Source of the DNA: Anaerolineaceae bacterium
GTDB taxonomy: Bacteria; Chloroflexota; Anaerolineae; Anaerolineales; Anaerolineaceae
Reading direction: 5' to 3'
Assembly: GCA_034933225.1 (NCBI GenBank)
Contig: JAYFNV010000025.1
Span: forward strand, 10,457-74,456
DNA length: 64,000 bases
Within the stretch, counting starts at the first letter, position 1; every line of letters starts with the position of its first letter. Below are positions 32,470 to 41,493 of the stretch, one piece after another. The notes beneath the pieces were generated by a model. That model saw nothing but the letters and a program-made list of their open reading frames with translations, did not search any database and was not told where the DNA came from. The position numbers were made by a program, and so were the translations under genes.

Positions 32470-35400
32470 CTAGAGCAGGGTCACTTCCAACTTCTTTACA
32501 ACTCCATCGCGTTCAAAGATGTGACGGCTGGTTTCGGCATCCAGACGATGAACTTCCAGACCATGACCTTCCACCCGCACCACTTTTCCGTCAGCAAAAT
32601 GTACCGCCACGCCCGCAGTCGCACCGCTGCGGATTAGCACCGGCACCTGGCAAATGGAATAGGCCAATGAATCGGCAGGTAGAGGCAGATCCTGCCAGGA
32701 ATCGTCGACGGCCAGATAGCGGAAAGTGGAGGGCTGCGCCAGCAGCTCAGCGCGGTTAAAGAGCAGGAAGTCGAAGACGATCTGGCCCTCTACCACGGTA
32801 AAGCCCAACTCCGCCTGGCGGGCCAAGATCTCTTCTTTGACCATGCCAGACATGCCGGGTTGCTTGGCGCCCTGACCAGCCGGGGTGTGGCTGTAGGGGT
32901 CGGTGGGGAAGGCGCCATATTCTGCAGCAGACTTTTTGAAGCACTGACCGGCGCGCACGTCGGCATAGCGCTGCATCAACCCCTCTAAAGAAGGTTCGTT
33001 TTGGGTGCGCTGTACGGTTTCCTGCACGGCCAGCAGCAGTTTGGAGATCATGTGCCAGTAGATGCTGCCCAGCCCCTCAAAGGCAAAGAAGGTGCCGGAA
33101 CGGCCGGTAAATTGCTCGTGGTGGAAGGTGGCTTCAAAGAGCGCCTCAATGGCAGCGCCCTCTTGCTCCACCAGAGCGCTAAAACGGGCATCTTGCTTAA
33201 GGGTGGCCAGCGCAGCAGCCACATCAGCGCCGTTGCGGAAGTTGCCCGCAAAATGGTAGTCACCCAGTTCATCGCGTACCAGCAGGCTGGTATTGCCTGC
33301 TTTTTGCAGGGCGTCCACCAGTTTGAATCCACTGACATGTGCAGCAGGAACCCGGTTGCGCTCTACAAACCCTTTGAGCGGACGATCCGGGTAGAGGATG
33401 TAACTATTTTGGTCAGAACGGAAGAGCGCACTGGCACGCATGGCTGTTAGCAACCGCAAAGACTCGGCGCCATTCAGCAGACCAGAAGAGAGCACCGCCA
33501 CCTGACCTTCCAACATCTCGTAAAGGTGATTGACCGTGGCTGTGCCTGGCGCCAGGCGCAGGGTGTTGTAAGAATGGTAAAGTGCATCGGCGCGGCGGTT
33601 GGCGCGCAGAGAATGATCAATATATTGCAGGGCAAGGTCCAGGAAGTTGAGGACAGCCTGTGTATCCAGATCGGCCACCTGGCCAGATAGACCCGACTTG
33701 TAGAAGTTCCAGCGGTACTCACTCCCCGCCTGACCCAGGGCGTCCATCAGGGTGCGGCGTTGGGCATCGCTAAACTGACCCACCAGCAGCGGCAATGACT
33801 CAGCCAGAAGAGCGGCAATGCGGTCAAAAAAGCTCACCACCTCGGCATGGATGGGCAGCGTTTTAGCCTCCGCCTCCGCCAGGAAGGAACGTAAAAAGAC
33901 CACATAGCGGCGCAGATAGGCCAGGGTCACAACAGAAAGACCTTTGCCCACCAGGGCGTTATTGGCGTCGTTCCATTCGGGGCGCTGGGTGGTCATCCAG
34001 ATGCCGCCTTCAGGCACCAGATTGACCAGTTTAGCCAGCAGCAGGGTGAGCGCCTTCTCGGCCAGGCTGGCATGCAAAACGCCGCCATTGGCATCCGGGA
34101 CCAGCTTGCCGTCATTGCCCAGACGGCCAACACGTTCTTTGATCTTCTTTTCCAGCTCCCAATCGAAGCTGATGGTGGTGTACGGGTTTTGCAGGATCTC
34201 ATTGTAAGGGTTGATGCGATACGGCACATCGGCATAACTGAACATGGGCTGGTTGAGTTGTGCCAGCAGTTTGCCGGGGTGGACCCTGGCGCTGATCTCC
34301 ATCAGCTTGAGCAGATAGATGATCTGATGGTCGCTCCAGTAACCGATGTTGGCCCAGGGGTCGCCGGGCACGGGGATCTCCCAATCAATGCCGTGACGAG
34401 TGACGCGGTACGGGTTGTAGCCATCCACGGTGGTGGCGTTGAGGAAGGTGAAGATCATGCTCTCCACGTATTCCGGGTATGAAGAGGAAAGTGCCTCCCA
34501 GTTCTGGAAGATATCCCGCCAGTTGCCTTCATAATCCAACTGCTGGGAGCCATCTTTCTTCTTGATGTTGATGGAGAAGCGGTTCCAGGGGCGGCTGGGG
34601 TCGCCATGACGGCGCGAGAAGGATAGCGGCAGATATGAATTGGAGAGGCGCACCAGATCTGGGCTGCCGCTGGACTGGGCCAGCGCCAGCAGTTCTTGAA
34701 TGCGCAATTGTTCTGGCAAAGCAGCAAACCAGGCTTGCTGAGAGGTCAGAACCGCACGGTTGAGCACGGTGACAAAATCAATGAAATCGGCCTTCTCCAC
34801 TTTGTACTGCGAGGGGAAGTAGCCGCCGCGCATCTCGTTGAACATGACATTGGCAAAATGGTGCGAGGTGAGCAGCGGGTTGGCCGTCACCTGCAGCCCA
34901 TCGGCTGCGGCCACGATCTTTTGCAGGGCGGCCGTATTGGCGGCCACATCTGCTTCCAGCAGGGCGATCACCTCTTTTACAGGCTTCTTGAGCAGAGCGG
35001 TTAGGTGCACCACCTGTGAGGCATCCTGGTCCACATCGGCAACGATGTGCCAGGCTTGCCCGGCAGCGGCGGCCAGGTCAAAGCAGGCATGGGCAAAATA
35101 CCCCCCGCGCTGACCGCGCGTCTCGTGCTCGGTCTTGACCAACTCACCCGACCGGAATGCGTCCAATTGAGTGTTGGTCAGCAGCCAGGCATCAGCCTTG
35201 AGCCCCACCTGCCAGGCGACCGTGGCCAGCAGACTTTCACTGGGCTCAGCCAGATCGGTGAGCGAGGAGTTGAGGGTAAAGATGCCCAGGCCGGTGGTGG
35301 GTTCCAATTCGTTGCGTTTGTAGGCATCCAGCAGCGGACTGAAGATGTTCTGGGTCTGGTCAGAAACGTTGGCAGGCAGCAGGTTTTGCAGGCCGTCCAG

Positions 35401-35937
35401 CACTTCAATGCTGCACGGAGTTTCTGCCTGGTTGTCCAGCCAACTGCTCTTGACGAAGCCAAAGGCATCCCCGCTGCGCCAGGCATAGCGGAAGGTCAGC
35501 CCCAGAGTATGGTTGACCTCTTCAAAGACCAACACATTGCCGGGAATGTTCTTGTACAGGTTTTGTTCAATGGAATACAGGCTGGCCTGCCGGCTGGAGA
35601 AAGGCTCCCACAAAGAGCGTTTCTGCCCACGGGTCACCAGCAACAGCGTGCGTGGGCCGGTGTTCTCGCTGTTCTCGGTCAGTTTATCAACGGTGTAGTA
35701 GGGGAAGAGGGCATGCGCCGCATTGATGCGTCCGGCAGAAAGGCCGCCCGTGGAGGAAATGAACATCCAGTGGTTGGAGCTGCTCACCAGGCTCATAAAG
35801 AAGGGCGGCATGGCGGGGAAATGCTGGACCTTGTAGAACGGTTCCCCCAGCAGGTGAACGTACTCTCCCTGAACGTTTTGTTTTTGGTTATGGTACAAAG
35901 TGTCAGCCACAAAAATCGAGGGAGTATTTGCGCTCAT
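32470..35937 (-). CDS. large (1155 aa) conserved-looking hypothetical protein, possibly a GH94/GH15-like (alpha/alpha)6-barrel glycan hydrolase/phosphorylase
   Basis: SD AGGAG 5 nt upstream. No TM or signal peptide. Motifs NWRDIFQNWE and RPEWNDANNAL resemble the RDxxQD and DWND motifs I associate with GH94-type barrels. Weak assignment. Confidence 0.6.
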   Translation of the reverse strand: MSANTPSIFVADTLYHNQKQNVQGEYVHLLGEPFYKVQHFPAMPPFFMSLVSSSNHWMFISSTGGLSAGRINAAHALFPYYTVDKLTENSENTGPRTLLLVTRGQKRSLWEPFSSRQASLYSIEQNLYKNIPGNVLVFEEVNHTLGLTFRYAWRSGDAFGFVKSSWLDNQAETPCSIEVLDGLQNLLPANVSDQTQNIFSPLLDAYKRNELEPTTGLGIFTLNSSLTDLAEPSESLLATVAWQVGLKADAWLLTNTQLDAFRSGELVKTEHETRGQRGGYFAHACFDLAAAAGQAWHIVADVDQDASQVVHLTALLKKPVKEVIALLEADVAANTAALQKIVAAADGLQVTANPLLTSHHFANVMFNEMRGGYFPSQYKVEKADFIDFVTVLNRAVLTSQQAWFAALPEQLRIQELLALAQSSGSPDLVRLSNSYLPLSFSRRHGDPSRPWNRFSINIKKKDGSQQLDYEGNWRDIFQNWEALSSSYPEYVESMIFTFLNATTVDGYNPYRVTRHGIDWEIPVPGDPWANIGYWSDHQIIYLLKLMEISARVHPGKLLAQLNQPMFSYADVPYRINPYNEILQNPYTTISFDWELEKKIKERVGRLGNDGKLVPDANGGVLHASLAEKALTLLLAKLVNLVPEGGIWMTTQRPEWNDANNALVGKGLSVVTLAYLRRYVVFLRSFLAEAEAKTLPIHAEVVSFFDRIAALLAESLPLLVGQFSDAQRRTLMDALGQAGSEYRWNFYKSGLSGQVADLDTQAVLNFLDLALQYIDHSLRANRRADALYHSYNTLRLAPGTATVNHLYEMLEGQVAVLSSGLLNGAESLRLLTAMRASALFRSDQNSYILYPDRPLKGFVERNRVPAAHVSGFKLVDALQKAGNTSLLVRDELGDYHFAGNFRNGADVAAALATLKQDARFSALVEQEGAAIEALFEATFHHEQFTGRSGTFFAFEGLGSIYWHMISKLLLAVQETVQRTQNEPSLEGLMQRYADVRAGQCFKKSAAEYGAFPTDPYSHTPAGQGAKQPGMSGMVKEEILARQAELGFTVVEGQIVFDFLLFNRAELLAQPSTFRYLAVDDSWQDLPLPADSLAYSICQVPVLIRSGATAGVAVHFADGKVVRVEGHGLEVHRLDAETSRHIFERDGVVKKLEVTLL

Positions 35938-36092
35938 TATCGCTCCTGAGAGAAGGGGGTATTTTGTTTGAAATTCTTTACGGGCTAATTCTACATCAGG
36001 AATGGGATTTGCGAAAAACTTATTTTACATATAAAAATTTCTTGCTCAGACGCAGGTCTTCGCACGGGTAGGGTAGCGGGGATTTTTACAGC

Positions 36093-36120
36093 AAAACTGG
36101 CGGTTCAATGAGCCGCCAGT
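36093..36120 (-). terminator. intrinsic terminator after the hydroxylase genes
   Basis: Minus strand CTGGCGG-ctcattgaa-CCGCCAG followed by TTTT. Confidence 0.6.
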
Positions 36121-36142
36121 TAAGTGGATTATGGGTTTTCGA

Positions 36143-38512
36143 TCATTCAGCCTGTTCAAATGAACGCAAGGCTTTGGCAATGAGGGCTTTCACCACCTGC
36201 ACCTTGGCCTTGTTGCGCGCCAGCGGCTGAGTAGCTCTCACAGCCAGGGCGGCGGCATCAGCGGCAAGCGCATCGCTGAGCGGCTTGCCTTCTAAAAAGG
36301 TTTCCACCTCTTGCATGCGCATGGGCACAGGCGCCACTGCTCCAAGCACCACCCGCACATTGTGCAGGCTTTTCCCCTCAACGCTGGCACGCAAGGCCAG
36401 ACTGACAATGGGGAAATCAATGGAATTGCGGATACGGAATTTGAGGTAGGTCTGGCGGCTGCCGGCTTCTGCGGGCAGATGGATGGACTCGATCAGTTCA
36501 TCTGAAGCCAGAACAGTGGTGCTGCTCTCGCGGGCGGCAAACAGCTCTGCTGCGGGCAACGTGCGCTCTGTAGTTTTGATCGTTGCGTCCAGGGTGATGA
36601 GTGCAGGCGCCAGATCGGAACAACTAACGGCCACACAACCGCAATTGGCGCAGCGCAATGCCTCCTGAGTCACGGTTTCTGGAGTGAAGGTCAGAAAATC
36701 TCCACGCTGAAGATCGTGCTCAACAACAGGGGTCTGCGGGGTTACGGCTGCCTGGCTGGTTGTCAGTGCGGCAGCATTGATCTTGAGGAACTTCTTGCCT
36801 TTTTCCTCTGCGGCGGGTTCTGGAGTAGCAACCAGGTAGCGGTCCATGAATACAGAGGTTTCTGCACCTTCAGCCATGGCCTGCACAATGTTGACGGCCC
36901 GCCCGGTGGCATCACCGCCGGCGAAAACACCCACTAAATTGGTGGCACGGCTGACCTTATCTACTACCAGCAAGCCGCGCTCGACCTGCAACAGCGGCTC
37001 TGCATAGCTCAGGTCGGCTGCCTGGCCAATAGCCACCAGCACCTGGTCCGCTTCGACTATTTTCTTCTCAGCCGGGTCAAAGGTGGGGGCAAAGCGGTGG
37101 TCTTTGTTGAACACGGAGGTGCAGCGCACCAGCTCAATGCCGGTGAGGGTACCGTTCTTTTCCAGCACGCGGTCAGGACCCCAGGAGGGCAGGATCTCAA
37201 TGCCATCGGCATGCGCCATTTCAAGGTCTTCGGGTAAGGCGGGCATGATGTCCAGACTTTCCAGACAGGCCATGCTCACATGGGCGGCGCCCAGGCGTTT
37301 GGCGGTGATGGCCACATCCACGGCCACACTGCCGCCACCGATGACCAGCACACGCTTGCCCACGGGGGTCGGCTTTTTGAGTTGAACGTTGAGCAAAAAT
37401 TCCAGGCCGGAATCGAGCAGTTCGCCCTTCTCCAGTTTCAGTTTTCTAGAATTCCACAGACCGGTGCCCAAAAAGACCACATCGTGGGAGGCTTTCAGGC
37501 TTTCCAGGCTCAGGTCCCCTGCGCCAATTTTGGCGTTATAGACAAAGCGAATGCCCATCTGCTCCAGAGCGCGTACCTGTTTCTGCACCACTTCTTTGGG
37601 CAGGCGGTACCCCGGAATACTGTAGGTGAGCATACCGCCGGCTTCCGCCATTTGCTCATAGACGGTCACGATGTGACCCTGGCGGCGCATGAAGAAAGCT
37701 GCCGTCAGACCTGCCGGGCCGGAGCCCACAATGGCCACCGTCTTGCCGCTCTCTTTGGCTGGAGCGGGGTAATAGGTGGAGACATGCTCCAGCGAGTAAT
37801 CGCCCAGGTATCGTTCTACGTCGCGGATGGCCACGGATTCATCAAAGTCGTGGCGGTTGCATTCGCTCTGGCAGTTGTGCGAGCAGATTCGCCCTGTGAT
37901 GGCTGCCAGCGGGTTGGTGCGCAGCAGGATCTCAGTTGCAGCAGCAACATCCTGCCCGCGCAGCTTTTCCATGTAATCGGGGATGTTGTTATGGATGGGG
38001 CAGCCGCGTTTGCAGGGCGCTGCCTCCACACACATGCCGCCGTAGATGGAATGATAGCGGTTCTCCGCAAAGAGGGCATCACACCAGCGGCCGCCTTTGC
38101 GCAGACAATTGAAGTGATTTTCAGGGTTGCGGTAATACCAGCAGCGCGGTTCCTGGCACAGGTTGCCCGCCAGGGTGGCTACATTACGGATCTGCGGTGA
38201 AGCCACAGAGACCGCCGCCTGCGCCAACAGGGGATACCTGGCTTTGATGAGCGGATTCCTGGCGATCTCGGCCAGGGTGGTCAGCGCGCCGAGGCTGACG
38301 CCGCCCGCCTCTTCTTGAATATCGCCCTGCCCTTTGACGGCTTTGAGGCCGATGAGCAGTTCAGGCTGTTGGGCATGGATGGCGTCTTTCATGCCGCCCA
38401 ACAGATCAGTTCCGCCGGCCAACACTTTGGCGCGGCCGAGGTTCTCTTTGAGCAGCTTCCTGGCGCTGCTGAGGTCTTCTGCAGGGATGTACTGGATGGG
38501 TTGGATTTTCAT
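36143..38512 (-). CDS. molybdenum-hydroxylase FAD subunit (CoxM/HcrB type, with 4-Cys loop) carrying an inserted GltD-like Fe-S/FAD/NAD(P)H module
   Basis: aa 1-160 form the FAD_binding_5 type region (KVLAGGTDLLGG, NVATLAGNLC) with CQEPRCWYYRNPENHFNCLRKGGRWC. aa ~161-620 are GltD-like (CKRGCPIHNNIP, GRICSHNCQSECNR, VAIVGSGPAGL, VIGGGSVAVD). aa ~621-789 resume the CoxM fold (CVAVSCSDLAPALITLDA..., CO-DH flavoprotein C-terminal domain). Confidence 0.8.
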   Translation of the reverse strand: MKIQPIQYIPAEDLSSARKLLKENLGRAKVLAGGTDLLGGMKDAIHAQQPELLIGLKAVKGQGDIQEEAGGVSLGALTTLAEIARNPLIKARYPLLAQAAVSVASPQIRNVATLAGNLCQEPRCWYYRNPENHFNCLRKGGRWCDALFAENRYHSIYGGMCVEAAPCKRGCPIHNNIPDYMEKLRGQDVAAATEILLRTNPLAAITGRICSHNCQSECNRHDFDESVAIRDVERYLGDYSLEHVSTYYPAPAKESGKTVAIVGSGPAGLTAAFFMRRQGHIVTVYEQMAEAGGMLTYSIPGYRLPKEVVQKQVRALEQMGIRFVYNAKIGAGDLSLESLKASHDVVFLGTGLWNSRKLKLEKGELLDSGLEFLLNVQLKKPTPVGKRVLVIGGGSVAVDVAITAKRLGAAHVSMACLESLDIMPALPEDLEMAHADGIEILPSWGPDRVLEKNGTLTGIELVRCTSVFNKDHRFAPTFDPAEKKIVEADQVLVAIGQAADLSYAEPLLQVERGLLVVDKVSRATNLVGVFAGGDATGRAVNIVQAMAEGAETSVFMDRYLVATPEPAAEEKGKKFLKINAAALTTSQAAVTPQTPVVEHDLQRGDFLTFTPETVTQEALRCANCGCVAVSCSDLAPALITLDATIKTTERTLPAAELFAARESSTTVLASDELIESIHLPAEAGSRQTYLKFRIRNSIDFPIVSLALRASVEGKSLHNVRVVLGAVAPVPMRMQEVETFLEGKPLSDALAADAAALAVRATQPLARNKAKVQVVKALIAKALRSFEQAE

Positions 38513-38521
38513 GGCATCGCC

Positions 38522-40870
38522 TCAGATGATTCCCAGAGCTTTGAGAACGCGGTCAGACGAAATGGGCAGTTCGTCCACTCGTACGCCAATGGCGTTGTAA
38601 ACGGCATTGGCAACAGCACGCGGTGTACAGGTAAGCGTCCCCTCGCCGATGCCGCAGGCACCGTATTCACCATCCCCGCGCCAGATCTCCAGCAGCACCG
38701 GTTCAACCGGCGGCATATCCAGAATGGTGGGGATCTTGTAATCGATAAAGTTGAAGTTGAGCGGGATGCCGTGCACCGGGTCGTAAATGATCTCCTCGGA
38801 CAGGGCTTCGCCAAGGGCCATCACCTGGCCGCCGATTTGCTGTGCTTCAGCGCCGGAGGCATACATGACCGTGCCGCAGTCATTGATGATGACCAGTTTG
38901 AGCACCTGGGTGCGGCCGGTGGCAGTATCCACTTCCACTTCAGCAAAACTGGCAATGTAAGGAACTCCTGTCTTGGTGGTGGAAGGTCTGCGGCTGACGA
39001 ACACAGAAAGGGGCACCAGGTCGCCTTTCCAGAGCAATTGCTGAACAGTAATTGCTTTTCCCGCACCACTGATGACGCCGTTGTGGATATCCAATTTCTC
39101 AGCAGGCACTTCCAAAACGGGGGCGGCCAGGGCCAGCAGCTTCTGCTTCATTTCTTTGGCGGCCACCACCATCACTTCTGATTGCAAAAATGAGACAGCG
39201 CTATCGGTCTGCACACAATCGCGCATACCAGAGTCAGTATCAATGGTACCCACCCAACTGATCTGCTCCGGGTGGATGCCCAGGAAACCCAGGGCTTCTG
39301 CACAACCCAGCACGTTGCAGGTGTTGGAGCCCGTGCCCGTTTCCACGGTGGGAGCGTCCAGGGTCACGGTGCCATCGGGGTAAAGGGTCATCTTCACCTG
39401 TACCTGGCCGCGGCGTTCTTCCTGCCATTCGGCGTGCCAGCCAGGGTGCATAGAAAAACCCACCCCGCGCCGTTTGGTGCCCTCAAAAACGGGACCCTCA
39501 CCAGGTTTATGGCGTTTTTCAGCCCAGCCAATGCGGCTAGCCCCGGCAGCAAGTACGCCCTGCAAACTTTTATCTGGGACGGTTCCCCAGGCGTGGGTGA
39601 AGTTCTTGACGGCCAGATCAACTGGGTCCATGTTCAAACTTTCAGCAATGCCGTCTATCATGCGTCCGAAGATGAAGTTGAACTGGCTGTTGCCCACACC
39701 GCGCATCATACAACCGGGAATATGGTTGGTATACACGGCATAAGATTCCATTTTGATGTTGGCAACGGGAGCCAGGGCAGCCTCTGCGATCTCTGCTGGA
39801 GCGAATTTGAGAGCAAAAACTGAATGATCGGCATGAGCGCCAATATCGCCAATGGATTTGAATTGCAGCGAGGTGATGGTACCATCCCTGGTGGCGCCGG
39901 CCTTGCAGTGATACAGCGCCGGTTGACGGGTATCATGAAAACTATCGCGGCGTGAGTGTTTGAACTTGACCGGACGGCCAGCTTTTTTAGCGATCAGGGC
40001 GGTGAAGAGGAAGAAGGGCTGGTCGCCGGTATCGGCGCGGCCAAACTGGCCGCCCACATATTTGCTGACCACGCGCACATTGTGGATGGGAAGCTGCAGC
40101 ATCTGGCTCACGTGCATGCGTGTCTGATCGGCAGCATAAGAGTTGGAGACAACGGTTAATTTATCTCCTTCCCACTGGGCCACGCAGCACCAGGGGTCAA
40201 GAGAACCCTGGGTGGGGTTATCATGCACGGTATCCATTTCCAGCACCACATCCGCGTTCTTAAATCCGGCGTCAACATCGCCTTTCTCAAAGAACACATC
40301 CGGCCCGCCGACTGGGTCTGGCGGCAGTACATTTTTGCTGGTTACCTGGGGGTGAATGATCGGCGCATCCGGTTGCATGGATTGGATGGGGTCCATCACA
40401 AAGGGCAGCACTTCCCAGTCCACTTCAACCAGACGCAGGGCCTTCTCTGCGATCTGTTCGGTTTCAGCCGCCACTACCACGCCAACTTCATCGCCGGCCC
40501 AGGTAGCGTAATCACCCAATACGCGGCGGTCACGGAACTTGCGCCACATCATCCCCTCATAGCTGACGGTATCCACGGCGTCTGTCCAACCGGCGTTGGT
40601 GAGTTTGGTTCTGGCGACTTCTGGGTCTTGATACGTGAGGATGGCCTTCACCCCGGGCAAAGCTTCTGCCTTGCTCACATCCAGGCTCTTGATCCTGGCA
40701 CGCGGGTAAGGGCTGCACAGCACACGGGCATGCAGCAGGCCGGGGAAAGCTTTGTCTGAGATCATGTCATCGGCATAGGGCGCCTTGCCCTGGGCCTTCT
40801 CGTAGGCATCCACTCTGGGGCGGTAGCCGCCCACAAACTTACGGTCTATTCTGGGTTTATAGGTGGTCAT
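38522..40870 (-). CDS. molybdopterin-binding large subunit of a xanthine-dehydrogenase-family hydroxylase/reductase
   Basis: 782 aa. N-terminal aldehyde-oxidase a/b hammerhead pattern (GKAPYADD, HARVLCSPYPRARIKSLD). ATGA overlap with the small subunit. Confidence 0.9.
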   Translation of the reverse strand: MTTYKPRIDRKFVGGYRPRVDAYEKAQGKAPYADDMISDKAFPGLLHARVLCSPYPRARIKSLDVSKAEALPGVKAILTYQDPEVARTKLTNAGWTDAVDTVSYEGMMWRKFRDRRVLGDYATWAGDEVGVVVAAETEQIAEKALRLVEVDWEVLPFVMDPIQSMQPDAPIIHPQVTSKNVLPPDPVGGPDVFFEKGDVDAGFKNADVVLEMDTVHDNPTQGSLDPWCCVAQWEGDKLTVVSNSYAADQTRMHVSQMLQLPIHNVRVVSKYVGGQFGRADTGDQPFFLFTALIAKKAGRPVKFKHSRRDSFHDTRQPALYHCKAGATRDGTITSLQFKSIGDIGAHADHSVFALKFAPAEIAEAALAPVANIKMESYAVYTNHIPGCMMRGVGNSQFNFIFGRMIDGIAESLNMDPVDLAVKNFTHAWGTVPDKSLQGVLAAGASRIGWAEKRHKPGEGPVFEGTKRRGVGFSMHPGWHAEWQEERRGQVQVKMTLYPDGTVTLDAPTVETGTGSNTCNVLGCAEALGFLGIHPEQISWVGTIDTDSGMRDCVQTDSAVSFLQSEVMVVAAKEMKQKLLALAAPVLEVPAEKLDIHNGVISGAGKAITVQQLLWKGDLVPLSVFVSRRPSTTKTGVPYIASFAEVEVDTATGRTQVLKLVIINDCGTVMYASGAEAQQIGGQVMALGEALSEEIIYDPVHGIPLNFNFIDYKIPTILDMPPVEPVLLEIWRGDGEYGACGIGEGTLTCTPRAVANAVYNAIGVRVDELPISSDRVLKALGII

Positions 40871-41397
40871 TTGGCCTCTCCCTTAGCCGTCAGTTTTTCT
40901 GCGGCATGCAGCACGGCCATTGAAATCCCACTGTAGCAACCGCAGCGGCATAAGTTGCCTGCCAGAGCTTCGCGGATCTCTTCCAGGGTAGGAGCGGGGT
41001 TCTCGTTCAGGAGTGCTCGCGTGGTCATCACAAAGCCGGGGGTGCAATAACCGCATTGTAAGGCAGTCCCGTGGCCGGGCTCGCTTTGTTCAGCAAAAGC
41101 CACGATCACCGGGTCATCTTTAGGCAAGCCTTCAATGGTGAGCAGGTCGTACCCATCGGCTTCTACGGCCAGGAGCATACAGGAAAGGACAGCCTTCCCA
41201 TCCAGAAGAATGGTGCAGGCACCGCAGGCGCCTTCATCACAACTCACTTTGAGGCCGGTGTAGCCCAGGCGCTCCCGCAGGAACTCAGAGAGGGTGGTGG
41301 AGGGATAAAGATCGCGTCCTACGTCAAAACTGTGCCACTCGCCATTGATCCGCATCTTGATCCGTTCATTGGGGATGGTTTCAGAATTAATAGGCAA
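40867..41397 (-). CDS. 2x[2Fe-2S] small subunit (CoxS/HcrC type)
   Basis: CDEGACGACTILLDG, CGYCTPG, CRCGCY. TTG start with AAAGGAGGT 4 nt upstream. Confidence 0.9.
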   Translation of the reverse strand: MPINSETIPNERIKMRINGEWHSFDVGRDLYPSTTLSEFLRERLGYTGLKVSCDEGACGACTILLDGKAVLSCMLLAVEADGYDLLTIEGLPKDDPVIVAFAEQSEPGHGTALQCGYCTPGFVMTTRALLNENPAPTLEEIREALAGNLCRCGCYSGISMAVLHAAEKLTAKGEAK

Positions 41398-41493
41398 GGC
41401 AACCTCCTTTCAGGGTTGGGAAATATTCAAAACCCCTTTCGAATCAGCAATCCGTGTGGGTTTCTAATGTGATTTTAAGATTGAAAGAACGAA

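Noticed and set aside
38522-40870. Naming the Mo subunit as aerobic CO dehydrogenase (CoxL), xanthine dehydrogenase or 4-hydroxybenzoyl-CoA reductase
   Set aside because: I could not find the CoxL active-site loop (VAYRCSFR-type) or other substrate-specific signatures by eye. Subunit order and the 4-Cys loop only suggest the Hcr-like subgroup, so substrate assignment needs phylogeny. I kept it at family level.
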